This document shows, one piece after another, positions 39,138 through 49,596 of a stretch of DNA of 64,000 nucleotides (position 1 is the stretch's first letter; each line of letters begins with the position of its first letter). The notes below the pieces were generated by a model. The model saw nothing but the letters and a program-made list of their open reading frames with translations. It ran no database searches and was not told the DNA's origin. Both the position numbers and the translations under genes were made by a program. Source of the stretch: Burkholderiales bacterium (GTDB lineage Bacteria; Pseudomonadota; Gammaproteobacteria; Burkholderiales; Gallionellaceae). The stretch lies in the NCBI GenBank assembly GCA_038329705.1, contig JBBQNH010000004.1, positions 2,670 through 66,669 of the forward strand, written 5' to 3'.

Positions 39138-40373
39138 ATGATACGTATCAGCTCCAGCACCATCTTCAACAGTAACGTGACGGCAATGGAACAGCAGCAG
39201 TCGCGCCTTTTTCAAACCCAGCAACAGCTTGCATCCGGGCGACGCATCCTTACCGCAGCGGATGACCCGGTTGCTGCTGCCCGGGCGCTGGTCATCACCC
39301 AATCCGATGCGACCAATACGCAATACACAACGAACCGCAATTCGGCTCGAAATATCGTGTCTCTGTCCGAGAGTGCATTGCAGGGCGTGACGACGCTGAT
39401 CCAAAATGTGAGAACCGCGGCAGTGGATGCGGGCAATGGCTCATACAGCGATAGCGACCGGCGTATCATCGCTGCCCAGTTAAGCGGCAACTTGCAGGAA
39501 TTACTCGGACTGGCGAATAGTACCGATGGTGCCGGAAACTTTCTTTTTTCCGGGTTGCAATCCAAGACACAGCCGTTTTCAGAAACAGCCGCCGGCGTCG
39601 GTTATTTCGGCGACGGAGGGCAGCGCAATATTCAGGTCAGTGCATCACATCAGATAGCTTCCAGCGATTCCGGTGCCGATGTGTTCATGCGGATCAAGAA
39701 TGGCAATGGTAGTTTCGTCACCCAGCCGGGCGCCAATCTGGGAACCGGCGTGATCAGCACGGGTTCCCTCGCCAACCCCCCCCCGGTATTGCCGCTGAAT
39801 AACTACAGCTTGTCGTTCACTGTGACGCCCGGTCTTCCCGGCGCGCCGGATGTAACGACTTACGATGTGACCGACACCACCACGGCTACAGTGATATCCA
39901 CGGGCAACGCCTATACAAGCGGGCAAGCCATCAGTTTTTCTGGTGTTCAATTCAGTATCCAGGGTGCCCCCGCCAATGGGGATACCTTTACCGTTACACC
40001 GAGTGTCAATGAAAGTATCTTCAAGACTATCTCCGACCTGATCGCTGTACTCAACACGCCGTCACCGCCAGCCGCAAATGGCGGAACCGCCAATCTGGTC
40101 AACAGTCTGAACCGCGGGCTGACCAATCTGGATAACGCGCTGAACACTATCTCGACGACACAGGCCTCGCAGGGTTTGCGCCTGAACGAGATCGATTCGC
40201 TGCAAACAACGGGAGATCAACTGGGCTTGCAGTTCAAGCAGACGCTGTCGCATTTGCAGGATGTGGACTACAACAAGGCGATCAGCGAGCTGACCCAGCA
40301 GCAAACCAGCCTGCAGGCTGCGCAGCAGTCGTTCGCCAAGGTTTCCAATCTGTCCTTGTTCAACTATCTCTGA
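39138..40373 (+). CDS. flgL: Hook-filament junction protein FlgL
   Basis: QLASGRRILTAADDPVAA; LSLFNYL. Confidence 0.96.
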   Translation: MIRISSSTIFNSNVTAMEQQQSRLFQTQQQLASGRRILTAADDPVAAARALVITQSDATNTQYTTNRNSARNIVSLSESALQGVTTLIQNVRTAAVDAGNGSYSDSDRRIIAAQLSGNLQELLGLANSTDGAGNFLFSGLQSKTQPFSETAAGVGYFGDGGQRNIQVSASHQIASSDSGADVFMRIKNGNGSFVTQPGANLGTGVISTGSLANPPPVLPLNNYSLSFTVTPGLPGAPDVTTYDVTDTTTATVISTGNAYTSGQAISFSGVQFSIQGAPANGDTFTVTPSVNESIFKTISDLIAVLNTPSPPAANGGTANLVNSLNRGLTNLDNALNTISTTQASQGLRLNEIDSLQTTGDQLGLQFKQTLSHLQDVDYNKAISELTQQQTSLQAAQQSFAKVSNLSLFNYL

Positions 40374-40380
40374 GCGAAAG

Positions 40381-41160
40381 TCACTGTGCCGGTTTGATCA
40401 GGTTGAGCGCAGTACCTATCCCTTCCTGGGTTAGCCGATCCATCATGGGCACAACATAAGGCATTGATAGCAGCAGTACGGAAAAGCCGATGGCCAGCGT
40501 GATGGGGAAACCAACGGCTAACAGGTTGAGTTGAGGCGCGGCGCGGGTAAGTATCCCCAACGCGATATTGGTTATCAGCAACGCGGCCAATATCGGCAGC
40601 GAGATCTGCAATGCATAACTAAAGATGCTGCCACCCCAGCCGGCCAACCCGTAAAGTCCTTTGGCCTGCATCATGCTGCCGACAGGCAGTGTATGAAAAC
40701 TTTCTGCCAGCGCGGAAATCATGTACAGGTGACCATTGAAGGCCAGAAAGGCCAGCGTGGCGATGACGCCCATCCATTGCGCGATGATTGCCGAATGAAC
40801 GCCATTGATCGGATCATAGAAACTGGCAAAGCCCAATCCCATCTGCAATCCGGCGATCTCGCCCGCCATTTCCACCGCGGTAAAGATCAGGCGCATGGCG
40901 AATCCCATGGTGACCCCTATGATGATCTGCTGGAGTATGATCAATAGCCCCTGCGGAGAACTGATTGCCGCTTCAGGCATATCCCCGATATTCGGGGCGA
41001 TGACGACGGCAAGCAGGATCGACAAGGCGACTTTGATGCGCGCCGGGACTTGCCTGTTGCCGAGTATCGGGGAGCTGGCAATCATCGCCATGATGCGCGT
41101 CAGCGGATAGATCAGAGCAGCCAGCCAGGCATCGAGCTGTGCACTGGTGAAACTGATCAC
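40381..41160 (-). CDS. fliR: Export gate protein FliR
   Basis: AGEIAGLQMGLGFA, RAAPQLN; probable GTG start at 41160. Confidence 0.95.
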   Translation of the reverse strand: MISFTSAQLDAWLAALIYPLTRIMAMIASSPILGNRQVPARIKVALSILLAVVIAPNIGDMPEAAISSPQGLLIILQQIIIGVTMGFAMRLIFTAVEMAGEIAGLQMGLGFASFYDPINGVHSAIIAQWMGVIATLAFLAFNGHLYMISALAESFHTLPVGSMMQAKGLYGLAGWGGSIFSYALQISLPILAALLITNIALGILTRAAPQLNLLAVGFPITLAIGFSVLLLSMPYVVPMMDRLTQEGIGTALNLIKPAQ

Positions 41161-41233
41161 GGGATTGTCCCGTAAGCAGCACACTCACGGACGTGGGGAT
41201 TACTGGCAGTCCGGTTTTTCCCGCCCATCGAAA

Positions 41234-41503
41234 TTACCCTATCATCCAGGGAATATTGCCGAACAGACGCTGGATATAATCGACCATGGTGTTCACCATC
41301 CATGAGCCGGTGAAGATCATCACCAGGAATATGCCCAGCAGTTTGGGAATGAAGGACAAGGTCATCTCATTGATTTGCGTGGCAGCCTGGAAGATGCTTA
41401 CTACCAGACCGACGACAAGCGCAGTGAGCAACATTGGCGCGGCGATCATCAACGTCATTTGGACCGCTTGCTGCCCGAGAGTGATAACGGATTCGGGAGT
41501 CAT
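41234..41503 (-). CDS. fliQ: Export gate protein FliQ
   Basis: MTPESVITL..FQAATQINEMTLSFIPK. Confidence 0.96.
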   Translation of the reverse strand: MTPESVITLGQQAVQMTLMIAAPMLLTALVVGLVVSIFQAATQINEMTLSFIPKLLGIFLVMIFTGSWMVNTMVDYIQRLFGNIPWMIG

Positions 41504-41508
41504 GGAAG

Positions 41509-42261
41509 TCAGGTATAAAAACTCTGCGCCAAAGAACCGATGATCAGATTCCACCCGTCGGCCAGCACGAACAACATGATCTTGAAGGGCAGGGAAATGA
41601 TGGCCGGCGACACCATCATCATACCCATGGACATCAGCACGCTGGCCACCACCATGTCGATGATGAGGAAGGGAATGAACACCACGAAGCCGATCTGGAA
41701 TGCTGTTTTCAATTCACTGGTCACATAGGCGGGTACCAGGATACGCAGCGGTACCTGGTCGGCACTTTCCAGTTGTTCGCTATTGGAGATCTTTACGAAC
41801 AGCGCAAGGTCTGACTCGCGGGTCTGCCGCAGCATGAATGTCTTGAGGGGAAGGCTGCCTTTGTCGACGGCTTGTTGAAGGGTGAGTTTGTTTTCGCTGA
41901 ACGGCAAATAGGCGTCGGTGTAGATCTTGTCAAACACCGGCGACATCACAAAGAAGGTAAGGAACAATGCAAGGCCGATCAATACCTGGTTGGGCGGGGA
42001 CGTGGGCGTGCCGATCGCTGAACGCAGCAGGCTCAGCACGATGATGATGCGTGTGAAACCGGTCATCATCAGCAGGATGGCCGGCAGAAAGCTCAGCGAA
42101 GTCAGCAGCAACAGCAATTGCAGGCTCAGATTGTAGGATTGGCCCCCGCCAGCCACCGGCGTGCTGGTCAATCCGGTAAGGCCGATATCGGCCCATGCCG
42201 TTTGTGTTGTGGCAAACAGTGCAAGCAACAGAATAAGTGATGCAATGATATTACGACGCAT
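41509..42261 (-). CDS. fliP: Export gate protein FliP
   Basis: [18 protein letters not shown]; [11 protein letters not shown]; start ATG 42261. Confidence 0.97.
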   Translation of the reverse strand: MRRNIIASLILLLALFATTQTAWADIGLTGLTSTPVAGGGQSYNLSLQLLLLLTSLSFLPAILLMMTGFTRIIIVLSLLRSAIGTPTSPPNQVLIGLALFLTFFVMSPVFDKIYTDAYLPFSENKLTLQQAVDKGSLPLKTFMLRQTRESDLALFVKISNSEQLESADQVPLRILVPAYVTSELKTAFQIGFVVFIPFLIIDMVVASVLMSMGMMMVSPAIISLPFKIMLFVLADGWNLIIGSLAQSFYT

Positions 42262-42742
42262 TGCGGTTCCTGCCTGAAGACTGCGGATGGAGAACAGCAG
42301 CCAGAAGCTTGGCGAACTTGGTTTCAGAGGCACGTGAACCGGGCGGCGAATCTTCGAGTCGCGGGTTTTTTGGATTCGGGGATTCTTGTTTCTGGAGCGT
42401 ATGCAAAGTGCGGATTTGTCCCGGGCCGACACCGACAACCAGCCATGTGTCTTCCACTTCGACCAGCACGATGCGTTCGCGTTGACCTATGGCCACGCTG
42501 CCCAATATCCTGAGCAGATTGCCCGAACCCAGTTTTGTCGTATTCACACGTTTGAGCATCCAACCTGCCAATGCGATGGCTGCCAACACCAGCAGCAGGC
42601 TGAAGATGATCTGCACGATGCTGCCGGAGCTGACTGCCGGTTGCGGTGGCGCGTAGGCGGGTCGGGTGCCTTCCACGGCATGCGCCAAAACAGGGATCGC
42701 CTGCAGGATGGCAGCGAGGTAAAAACGGTATTTGCAGGGCAT
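42251..42742 (-). CDS. fliO: FliO
   Basis: TM segment then [26 protein letters not shown]; lies between fliN and fliP. Confidence 0.9.
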   Translation of the reverse strand: MPCKYRFYLAAILQAIPVLAHAVEGTRPAYAPPQPAVSSGSIVQIIFSLLLVLAAIALAGWMLKRVNTTKLGSGNLLRILGSVAIGQRERIVLVEVEDTWLVVGVGPGQIRTLHTLQKQESPNPKNPRLEDSPPGSRASETKFAKLLAAVLHPQSSGRNRNAS

Positions 42743-42743
42743 A

Positions 42744-43196
42744 TTATTTGTTCAGGCGGCGCAGACGTTCTGACGGGGTGATGATATCGGTCAGGCGGAT
42801 ACCGAGTTTTTCGTTCACCACGACCACTTCCCCCTGTGCGATCAGGAAGCCGTTGATCAATACGTCCAGCGGTTCGCCGGCCATGCCGGCCAGTTCAACC
42901 ACCGAGCCTTGAGCCAGTTGCAACAGGTTCTTGATGGGCATCTTGGTGCGCCCCAGCTCGACGGTCAGCTGTACCGGGATGTCCAGAATCATGTCGAGAT
43001 CGTTTTGCGTGGTTGCGGTACCGCTTTGTCCGAACTGTTCGAACGCAAGAGGTTTTGCAGGGTTAACCGGTACAGCCGGATCCGCTGATGTTGCCGGCAC
43101 AGACTGTTCTGCCATTGCCGCACCCCAATCGTCTGCAGTGATCTCTTCTGTTGTTGTCTCTTTGGTAGTCTCTGTGGTTGCCGATTCGTCAGCCAT
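42744..43196 (-). CDS. fliN: C-ring switch protein FliN
   Basis: ILDIPVQLTVELGRT..QGEVVVVNEKLGIR. Confidence 0.97.
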   Translation of the reverse strand: MADESATTETTKETTTEEITADDWGAAMAEQSVPATSADPAVPVNPAKPLAFEQFGQSGTATTQNDLDMILDIPVQLTVELGRTKMPIKNLLQLAQGSVVELAGMAGEPLDVLINGFLIAQGEVVVVNEKLGIRLTDIITPSERLRRLNK

Positions 43197-44178
43197 GATT
43201 TTCTCCTTCGCTTGTGGCGATCATTTTTTCAACCCTCAACGCGTATTGATGATTGAACACACCATATTTGCATTCCATCACCGGTACTCCATCCACCGAT
43301 GCGGTGATTCTTTCACCGGATTCCAGCGGGACGATATCGCCGCTACGCATCTTTAAGACTTGCTCAAGCGTCAGGCTGGCTTTTCCGAGCGTGGCAACCA
43401 GTTCGATGTCGGCGGATTGCACCTGTTTCGACAACATCATCAACCAGCGCTGATCAGTGGCGAGATATTCTCCCTGAATGGTACTGAAGAGCAGTTCCTT
43501 GACCGGTTCGAGCATGGAATAGGGGAAGCAGATGTGGAATGCTCCCGCGGTGCCGCCGAGATCGATATCGAAGGTGGTGACGAGAACGATATCGTTCGGC
43601 TTGGCGACATTGGCGAACTGCGGGTTCATCTCGGACCGTGTGCATTCGAATTTCAGCGGGTGCACTTTTTCCCAGGATTGTTCATAGCATTCAAATGCGA
43701 CAGCCAGCAATTTCTGGATGATACGCAGTTCGGTTTGGGTGAATTCACGACCCTCCACACGGGTATGAAAACGCCCGTCGCCACCGAACATGTTGTCCAC
43801 TACCTGGAATACCAGATTCGGGTCAAATATGAACAGGCCATTACCGCGCAGCGGTTTGGCCTGAACGATGTTCAAGTTGGTTGGCACGTGCAGATTGCGG
43901 ATGAATTCGCCAAGTTTCATCACGCGCACAGGGCTGGCGGAGATGTCAGGGGTACGGCGGATGAAATTGAACAAGCCAATGCGGAACAAGCGGGCAAAGC
44001 GCTCGTTGATTATTTCCAGCGTGGGCATGCGCCCGCGCACGATGCGATCTTCCGATGCAAGGTTATACGGACGCACCTCCCCGGGTGCGGCCTCGGGATT
44101 ATCCGGCGCCTCATCCGTATCTCCGGTCACGCCCTGGAGCAGGGTGTCGACTTCGGCCTGTGAGAGGAACTCGCTCAT
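43189..44178 (-). CDS. fliM: C-ring switch protein FliM
   Basis: LSQAEVDTLL (CheY-binding), RMPTLEIINERFAR. Confidence 0.97.
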   Translation of the reverse strand: MSEFLSQAEVDTLLQGVTGDTDEAPDNPEAAPGEVRPYNLASEDRIVRGRMPTLEIINERFARLFRIGLFNFIRRTPDISASPVRVMKLGEFIRNLHVPTNLNIVQAKPLRGNGLFIFDPNLVFQVVDNMFGGDGRFHTRVEGREFTQTELRIIQKLLAVAFECYEQSWEKVHPLKFECTRSEMNPQFANVAKPNDIVLVTTFDIDLGGTAGAFHICFPYSMLEPVKELLFSTIQGEYLATDQRWLMMLSKQVQSADIELVATLGKASLTLEQVLKMRSGDIVPLESGERITASVDGVPVMECKYGVFNHQYALRVEKMIATSEGENHG

Positions 44179-44184
44179 TTTTGA

Positions 44185-44751
44185 TTATTGAATGATGAAT
44201 GATGTAAATAAAACTTCTTCTATGCCGCTCCTGGTTTGCTGCGGCTCGTTTGTTGCCGGTTTGGCCTGGTTCATGGCCGCTGCGCTGCTCCGGTGGCCCA
44301 AGACTTCCTCGATCTGATCCTTGATGTCGCTGGCCAATTGTTCTTTTCCTTTGATGGTGGCAAGTTGTGAAGGAAGCTGGCTTTCCAGCAGCATGTTCAC
44401 GTGGTGCAGGATTTCCGGATTCCTCGCCTTGATCTGCTCTTGCAGTTCTGGTTTGGAAACTTTGATTGAAATCGCCACCTGCAGGTAACGGTCGCCTTCC
44501 TCATGGATCAGATTTGCGGTAAAGGTTCCGAGCGCGATGTATAGCGGCGGTTTGGAATCAACGGCGGCACTATGGGTAACTTCGGCTTTGTCGCTCGATG
44601 GCGCACGGGGCTTCAATAGCAAATATGCGGTAATTGCGCCGTTTATCAGCAGTATCAGCACGATAATGATGATCCACTTCTTGTTGCTCTTGGCTGGTGG
44701 AGCCTCGGGTTTTGCTGCCGGTGCAGCAGCTGGTTTTGCCGGTGTGGCCAT
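44185..44751 (-). CDS. fliL: FliL
   Basis: N-terminal TM, FTANL, EVLFTSFIIQ. Confidence 0.93.
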   Translation of the reverse strand: MATPAKPAAAPAAKPEAPPAKSNKKWIIIIVLILLINGAITAYLLLKPRAPSSDKAEVTHSAAVDSKPPLYIALGTFTANLIHEEGDRYLQVAISIKVSKPELQEQIKARNPEILHHVNMLLESQLPSQLATIKGKEQLASDIKDQIEEVLGHRSSAAAMNQAKPATNEPQQTRSGIEEVLFTSFIIQ

Positions 44752-44776
44752 GTTTTCTATCCTTTTCTATGATTGG

Positions 44777-44835
44777 ATTATCGGTAAATCGATGCAGGAT
44801 GATAACTTGATTAACGCTGAAATTCCCCATTAATT
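44777..44835 (-). promoter_or_regulatory. FlhDC-type class II promoter of the fliL operon
   Basis: Minus strand AATTAATG-N11-CGTTAATC then GATAAT 26 nt downstream. Confidence 0.65.
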
Positions 44836-44847
44836 CGAAAGGTTCGC

Positions 44848-45999
44848 TCAGGCAAAAGTATCCAGCATCCCGATGTGGCGACGCACAGGTACAGCCACTG
44901 CAGCTGCAGGTGATGTAACGTTTGAACCGATCAACCCGTATGAAGCACCGTGTTGCGCTGCCGAACCTGAACCATGGTTCATCGATCCTTCACCGCGGTC
45001 GCGGGGAGGCTGGTCGCTGATTGTGGCATTGCCCAGCATGATGTTGTTATCGGCCAATATTTCACGAAGTTTAGGCAGTGCATTCTCCAGCGCATCGCGC
45101 ACTGCGATATGAGGTGAAGTGAATTGGGCCGTCAGTTGATTATCGGAGATTTTCAGGAGCACATTCAACGGCCCCAGATCCGGCGGATTCAAGTGCAGTT
45201 CGGCGCTGTGGTTTTGTTGCGTGCTCATCCAGACGATCTTTTGCGAGAACTCGTTCGCCCAGGTGCTATTGCCCAGCGGGGTGGCGACATTTTGCGGCGC
45301 AGGGGTGCCACCAGCCTGCATGCCGGGCATTACGCCTGACGATGCGCCCGTGACGATGGCCGTTGAATTGTTGTGGATAGCCAGGGGTTGAACTGTGTGA
45401 TCAGCCGAATTTGCCAAATGTTTGGCCGGATTGGCGAGCATAGCGGCCGGCGCAACGGCCTCGGCGACGGTGGATGAAGTAACATCCGGTTGCCTGCTGC
45501 CTTCACTATGTTTTTTGATCCCGGCATCCGTTCCTGTCACGATGGGTCTGGAGGCTGGTCTGGCGGTCTGTCCGGTGTCAGCGGAATCGTCACGCTGCGA
45601 AGTGTTATCCGCCACCTTGGCCTTTACCGGCGCATCAGACGGTTGAACAGGTGCTTGCAACAACATGGCGGCAAGCGGGTTTGCGGGATCGGTGATGTTG
45701 ATTGTCTGATCTTTTGGTTTCTTTTCAGCCGCGATCGCATCCCCGCTGGCTGCATTTCCGCCACCGGTTGTAGCGGATTTCGCGAAATTTGGTTCGCTTG
45801 CGCCGTCTTCGCTGATTTGGTGCGCCAACACAGCAGAGAAATTATCTTTGCTCTGGTCATTCTGCGCATTGTTCGATTGTGAAGCGGATGACGCTTTACC
45901 CGCGGCGTCGCAAGCGTCGTTGCGTTGCAGCGCGGAACTTGATGGGGCGCCGCGCGCGGGCGTTTGGACGTCATTGCTGACAACAGGCAGATTGGTCAT
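44848..45999 (-). CDS. fliK: Hook-length control protein FliK
   Basis: Low-complexity N-terminus; AELHLNPPDLGPL..VRDALENALPKLRE. Confidence 0.93.
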   Translation of the reverse strand: MTNLPVVSNDVQTPARGAPSSSALQRNDACDAAGKASSASQSNNAQNDQSKDNFSAVLAHQISEDGASEPNFAKSATTGGGNAASGDAIAAEKKPKDQTINITDPANPLAAMLLQAPVQPSDAPVKAKVADNTSQRDDSADTGQTARPASRPIVTGTDAGIKKHSEGSRQPDVTSSTVAEAVAPAAMLANPAKHLANSADHTVQPLAIHNNSTAIVTGASSGVMPGMQAGGTPAPQNVATPLGNSTWANEFSQKIVWMSTQQNHSAELHLNPPDLGPLNVLLKISDNQLTAQFTSPHIAVRDALENALPKLREILADNNIMLGNATISDQPPRDRGEGSMNHGSGSAAQHGASYGLIGSNVTSPAAAVAVPVRRHIGMLDTFA

Positions 46000-46015
46000 G
46001 GTCGCACTCCATCAT

Positions 46016-46480
46016 TCAGGTATCCTGATTCTCGGCATTGATCGACTTGTAACTCGAAGCTCTGCCGGTATGTTCATCCAGCGCCGACTGCTCGAATTTT
46101 TCGGCAATAATTTTCTGTGTTTTGATATGACGCTGTTGCAGCGTGTCAAACGATTTCAGTTTGCGCTGGGCAGAATCGAATTCGCCGCGCCCGGCCTGTG
46201 TTGATACTTTGCTTTGCCCCACCACTTTGAGTTGCTGGCCAATGGCATCGTCAAGTTTGTTGATGAACTCCTGAAAGTTGCGCAATTCGGCAGGATTGAT
46301 GCCGTTTTGAGTAGCTTCCTGCAGGCGTGTCTGGTAGTCCTTGCGGTATTGCTGCAGCACTTCAAGTTTGCTTTGCGCACTCTGCTGCTGCTTGTTAAGT
46401 TGCCCGAGTTTGCGCGTAGCCGAATCATTCTGGTGTTGTGCCAGATTCATCAGGGGTTGCAGGGAGAATGGTTTTGTCAT
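46016..46480 (-). CDS. fliJ: FliJ
   Basis: Coiled coil between fliI and fliK; LQQYRKDY..NFQEFINKLDDAI. Confidence 0.93.
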   Translation of the reverse strand: MTKPFSLQPLMNLAQHQNDSATRKLGQLNKQQQSAQSKLEVLQQYRKDYQTRLQEATQNGINPAELRNFQEFINKLDDAIGQQLKVVGQSKVSTQAGRGEFDSAQRKLKSFDTLQQRHIKTQKIIAEKFEQSALDEHTGRASSYKSINAENQDT

Positions 46481-46575
46481 GGGTAGGTTTGCCGATTCTT
46501 ATATTCATTAGCCTGTAAATATTTGCCTCATGGGACAGCAGCGCGGGTTGCAGACACGGCTGAAACGGGTGCTTA

Positions 46576-47979
46576 TTATGCCGGTTCGAATAGCTCCGCT
46601 AATTGGTTGACGCTCTCTTCATACGGTTCACGCTCATACATGTCCTGCTTGAGAAATTGCTCCATGCGCGGGTAAAGCTCGATCGCCTCGTCGAGCATAG
46701 CATTGCTGCCGCGGACATAGGCGCCCACGCTGATCAAATCGCGGTTGCGCTGGTAAAGGGAATACATATGCTTGAAATGTTGCACGACGGCCAGGTGTTC
46801 CGGGGATGCGAGACGCGACATCACCCGGCTGATAGATGCTTCGATATCGATTGCCGGGTAATGGCCCTGTTCCACCAGTCGCCTCGACAGCACAATATGA
46901 CCGTCGAGAATGGCACGCGCACTGTCGGCTATCGGGTCCTGCTGATCGTCACCTTCGGTCAATACGGTATAGAAAGCGGTGATCGAGCCGCTGCCCTCCA
47001 GGCCATTGCCGGCGCGCTCTACCAGTTGTGGCAATTTGGCGAAAACAGATGGCGGATATCCTTTGGTAGCCGGGGGTTCGCCGACGGCCAACGCGATTTC
47101 GCGTTGCGCCATGGCAAAACGGGTCAGCGAATCCATGATCAACAAAACGTTCTTGCCCTGGTCGCGGAAATATTCGGCGATGGTGGTGGCATAAGCCGCG
47201 CCCTGCAAACGCATCAGCGGTGAAGTGTCCGCCGGCGTGGCGACCACCACCGAGCGCGCCATGCCTTCCTTGCCGAGGATGTCGTTGATGAATTCCTTGA
47301 CTTCGCGACCACGCTCGCCGATCAGTCCCACCACAGTGACATCCGCGCTGGTGTAGCGCGCCATCATGCCGAGCAACACGCTTTTTCCGACACCACTGCC
47401 GGCAAACAAACCCATGCGCTGACCGCGCCCTACGGTCAACATGCTGTTGATGGCGCGCACCCCGACATCCAGTGCAGTGTCGATCGATGCGCGTTCCAGT
47501 GGATTGAAAGGCTTGCTATGCAATGGTGCGGAATCGGAGTCATGCAAGGGGCCCAATTGGTCGAGCGGTTTACCGGCACCATCCAGCACCCGGCCGAGCA
47601 ACATATCCCCGACCGGCAGATGTTTGGCATGGCCGACAGTGTGGCGCTTTAATTTGTGCCTGCTGCCCAGCATCAGCTGATGCCCCGTATCGATCGGCAT
47701 CACCCGCGCACCCGGCACCAGACCATACACATTGTTTTCCGGCATCAGGAACAATCTTTCCCCTGAAAATCCGACCACCTCGGCTTCAACGACATAATTG
47801 GGCAGATGAATCGCACACGTGCTGCCCACCGCTACTTTCAGGCCGACCGCCTCCATCACCATGCCGGTCACCTTGGTCAGGTGGCCGCTGGGCGGCATCG
47901 GGTTGCAGTCGGCCACGTATTTGCGACCTTCGGCAAGAAGGCCCTGCCAGCGCAAGCTGTGGGTATTCATGCCAACCAT
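46576..47979 (-). CDS. fliI: Export ATPase FliI
   Basis: [28 protein letters not shown]. Confidence 0.98.
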   Translation of the reverse strand: MVGMNTHSLRWQGLLAEGRKYVADCNPMPPSGHLTKVTGMVMEAVGLKVAVGSTCAIHLPNYVVEAEVVGFSGERLFLMPENNVYGLVPGARVMPIDTGHQLMLGSRHKLKRHTVGHAKHLPVGDMLLGRVLDGAGKPLDQLGPLHDSDSAPLHSKPFNPLERASIDTALDVGVRAINSMLTVGRGQRMGLFAGSGVGKSVLLGMMARYTSADVTVVGLIGERGREVKEFINDILGKEGMARSVVVATPADTSPLMRLQGAAYATTIAEYFRDQGKNVLLIMDSLTRFAMAQREIALAVGEPPATKGYPPSVFAKLPQLVERAGNGLEGSGSITAFYTVLTEGDDQQDPIADSARAILDGHIVLSRRLVEQGHYPAIDIEASISRVMSRLASPEHLAVVQHFKHMYSLYQRNRDLISVGAYVRGSNAMLDEAIELYPRMEQFLKQDMYEREPYEESVNQLAELFEPA

Positions 47980-48608
47980 GATTTATCCTGCCCGATGGAT
48001 TCAACAATGCGCTTCCAGCGTGATTCAACGCTGGCATCCACGTTGCTGTGCGCGGTTTCAACGCGGCATCCGCCGCGATTGATTTGTATGTCGGAGAAAA
48101 TCTTCCATCCGGAGTGCGACAGTTGCTCGCCCATATCCTTGCGAACCAATTCTGCATCATCCGGATGCAGGATCAAATGGGCATTCTGATTGAAGTGGGG
48201 CAGGTTGCTGATCGCATCACTGACGATTTTCAGGATCAATTCCGGCTGGATATGCAGGGTCTGGTGTACCATTTTTCGGGCAACTTCCAGGGACAGGTCA
48301 AGCAGTGACTGTGATACATTTTCGTCCAGTTGATTGAGTTCATCCTGCAGACCCTGCAACAGTTGATGGATTTGTGCCGCCTCGCCTCGTGCCTGCTGGA
48401 TACCGGCGGCATAACCAGCATCATAACCAGCTGCGAGACCTTCATCATGGGCTAGTTGCCTGATATCCTCAACTTCCGAGATGGAGGGCAGCGCACTTGC
48501 ACTTTGCGTGGTTTCCTGAATGTCCTCGTCGGGCTGGGCATCGAAAGTGGCCAGTTCCCAGCGTTCGTAAGCGGTCAGGTGTTCCTTGAGAATGACGGCA
48601 CTAGACAT
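47967..48608 (-). CDS. fliH: FliH
   Basis: GxxxG repeats ([14 protein letters not shown]), [13 protein letters not shown]. Confidence 0.94.
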   Translation of the reverse strand: MSSAVILKEHLTAYERWELATFDAQPDEDIQETTQSASALPSISEVEDIRQLAHDEGLAAGYDAGYAAGIQQARGEAAQIHQLLQGLQDELNQLDENVSQSLLDLSLEVARKMVHQTLHIQPELILKIVSDAISNLPHFNQNAHLILHPDDAELVRKDMGEQLSHSGWKIFSDIQINRGGCRVETAHSNVDASVESRWKRIVESIGQDKSWLA

Positions 48609-49596
48609 AGGAATCCTCACCCTTGCCGCTTATTGCAATCTGGCCCTCATCGGACAGACGGCGCACAATCTTCAGGATCTCCTTTTGATTTGCTTCTACG
48701 TCACTGAGCCTGACCGGTCCTTTGGACTCGAGATCTTCCCGCATCATTTCTGAAGCGCGTTGAGACATGTTCTTGAAAATCTTTTCGCGCAACTCTTCGC
48801 TTGCACCCTTGAGGGCTATGATCAATGATTCAGACTGGACCTCACGAAGTATCTGCTGGATACCGCGGTCATCGATCTCCAGGACATTCTCGAAGACGAA
48901 CATCTTGTCTTCAATCTTTTGTGCCAGATCGGGATCAAAGCCGCGCACGTTTTCCATCAATTCCGCTTCGAGCGCACTGCCCAGATGATTCAGTATTTCA
49001 GCGGCAGCGCCCACTCCACCGCGGAGATTTCTTTTTTTGGTATCGGTGCCGGACATGAGTTTGCCCAATACATCGTTCAGCTCGCGCAATGCAACTGGTT
49101 GCACGCTATCCAGCGTGGAAATGCGCAACAGTACATCGTTGCGTGTCCGTTCTGTGAACAACTTCATGATTCCTGCCGACTGCTCCGGATCAAGGTGGAC
49201 CAGAATGGTCGCGATGATCTGCGGATGTTCGTTGCAGATGATTTCGGCAATGGCGCCTGTTTCCATCCATTTCAGGCTTTCGATACCGCTGGTGTTTTCG
49301 CTGTTGCCCAAAAGGCGGTTCAGCAGGCCGGTAGCATTGTCATCCCCCAGCGCCTCGGTGAGCATGTTGCGGATATACTGGTTGGAGTCCAATCCGATGG
49401 TGGTTCTATTTGCCGCAAGCTCGTTAAAATCCTGGAACACCTCTGTGATCTGTTCACGACTGAGATTTTTCAGTTTCATCATGGCCGCGCTGATCTTTTG
49501 CACCTCCTTTGGCTCGAGATATTTCAGCACCGCAGCTGCCTGACTTTCGCCCAGCGTCATCAGGAAAATCGCGCTTTTTTCGGTGCCGCTACTCAT
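48601..49596 (-). CDS. fliG: Rotor protein FliG
   Basis: EHPQIIA, MFVFE, KNMSQRA. Confidence 0.97.
   Translation of the reverse strand: MSSGTEKSAIFLMTLGESQAAAVLKYLEPKEVQKISAAMMKLKNLSREQITEVFQDFNELAANRTTIGLDSNQYIRNMLTEALGDDNATGLLNRLLGNSENTSGIESLKWMETGAIAEIICNEHPQIIATILVHLDPEQSAGIMKLFTERTRNDVLLRISTLDSVQPVALRELNDVLGKLMSGTDTKKRNLRGGVGAAAEILNHLGSALEAELMENVRGFDPDLAQKIEDKMFVFENVLEIDDRGIQQILREVQSESLIIALKGASEELREKIFKNMSQRASEMMREDLESKGPVRLSDVEANQKEILKIVRRLSDEGQIAISGKGEDSYV

Noticed and set aside
37935-39404. 489-aa antisense ORF (also 4388..5329, 2747..3706, 30870..31709, 43360..44163)
   Set aside because: Shadow frames opposite well-supported genes, as expected from codon bias in GC-rich DNA.
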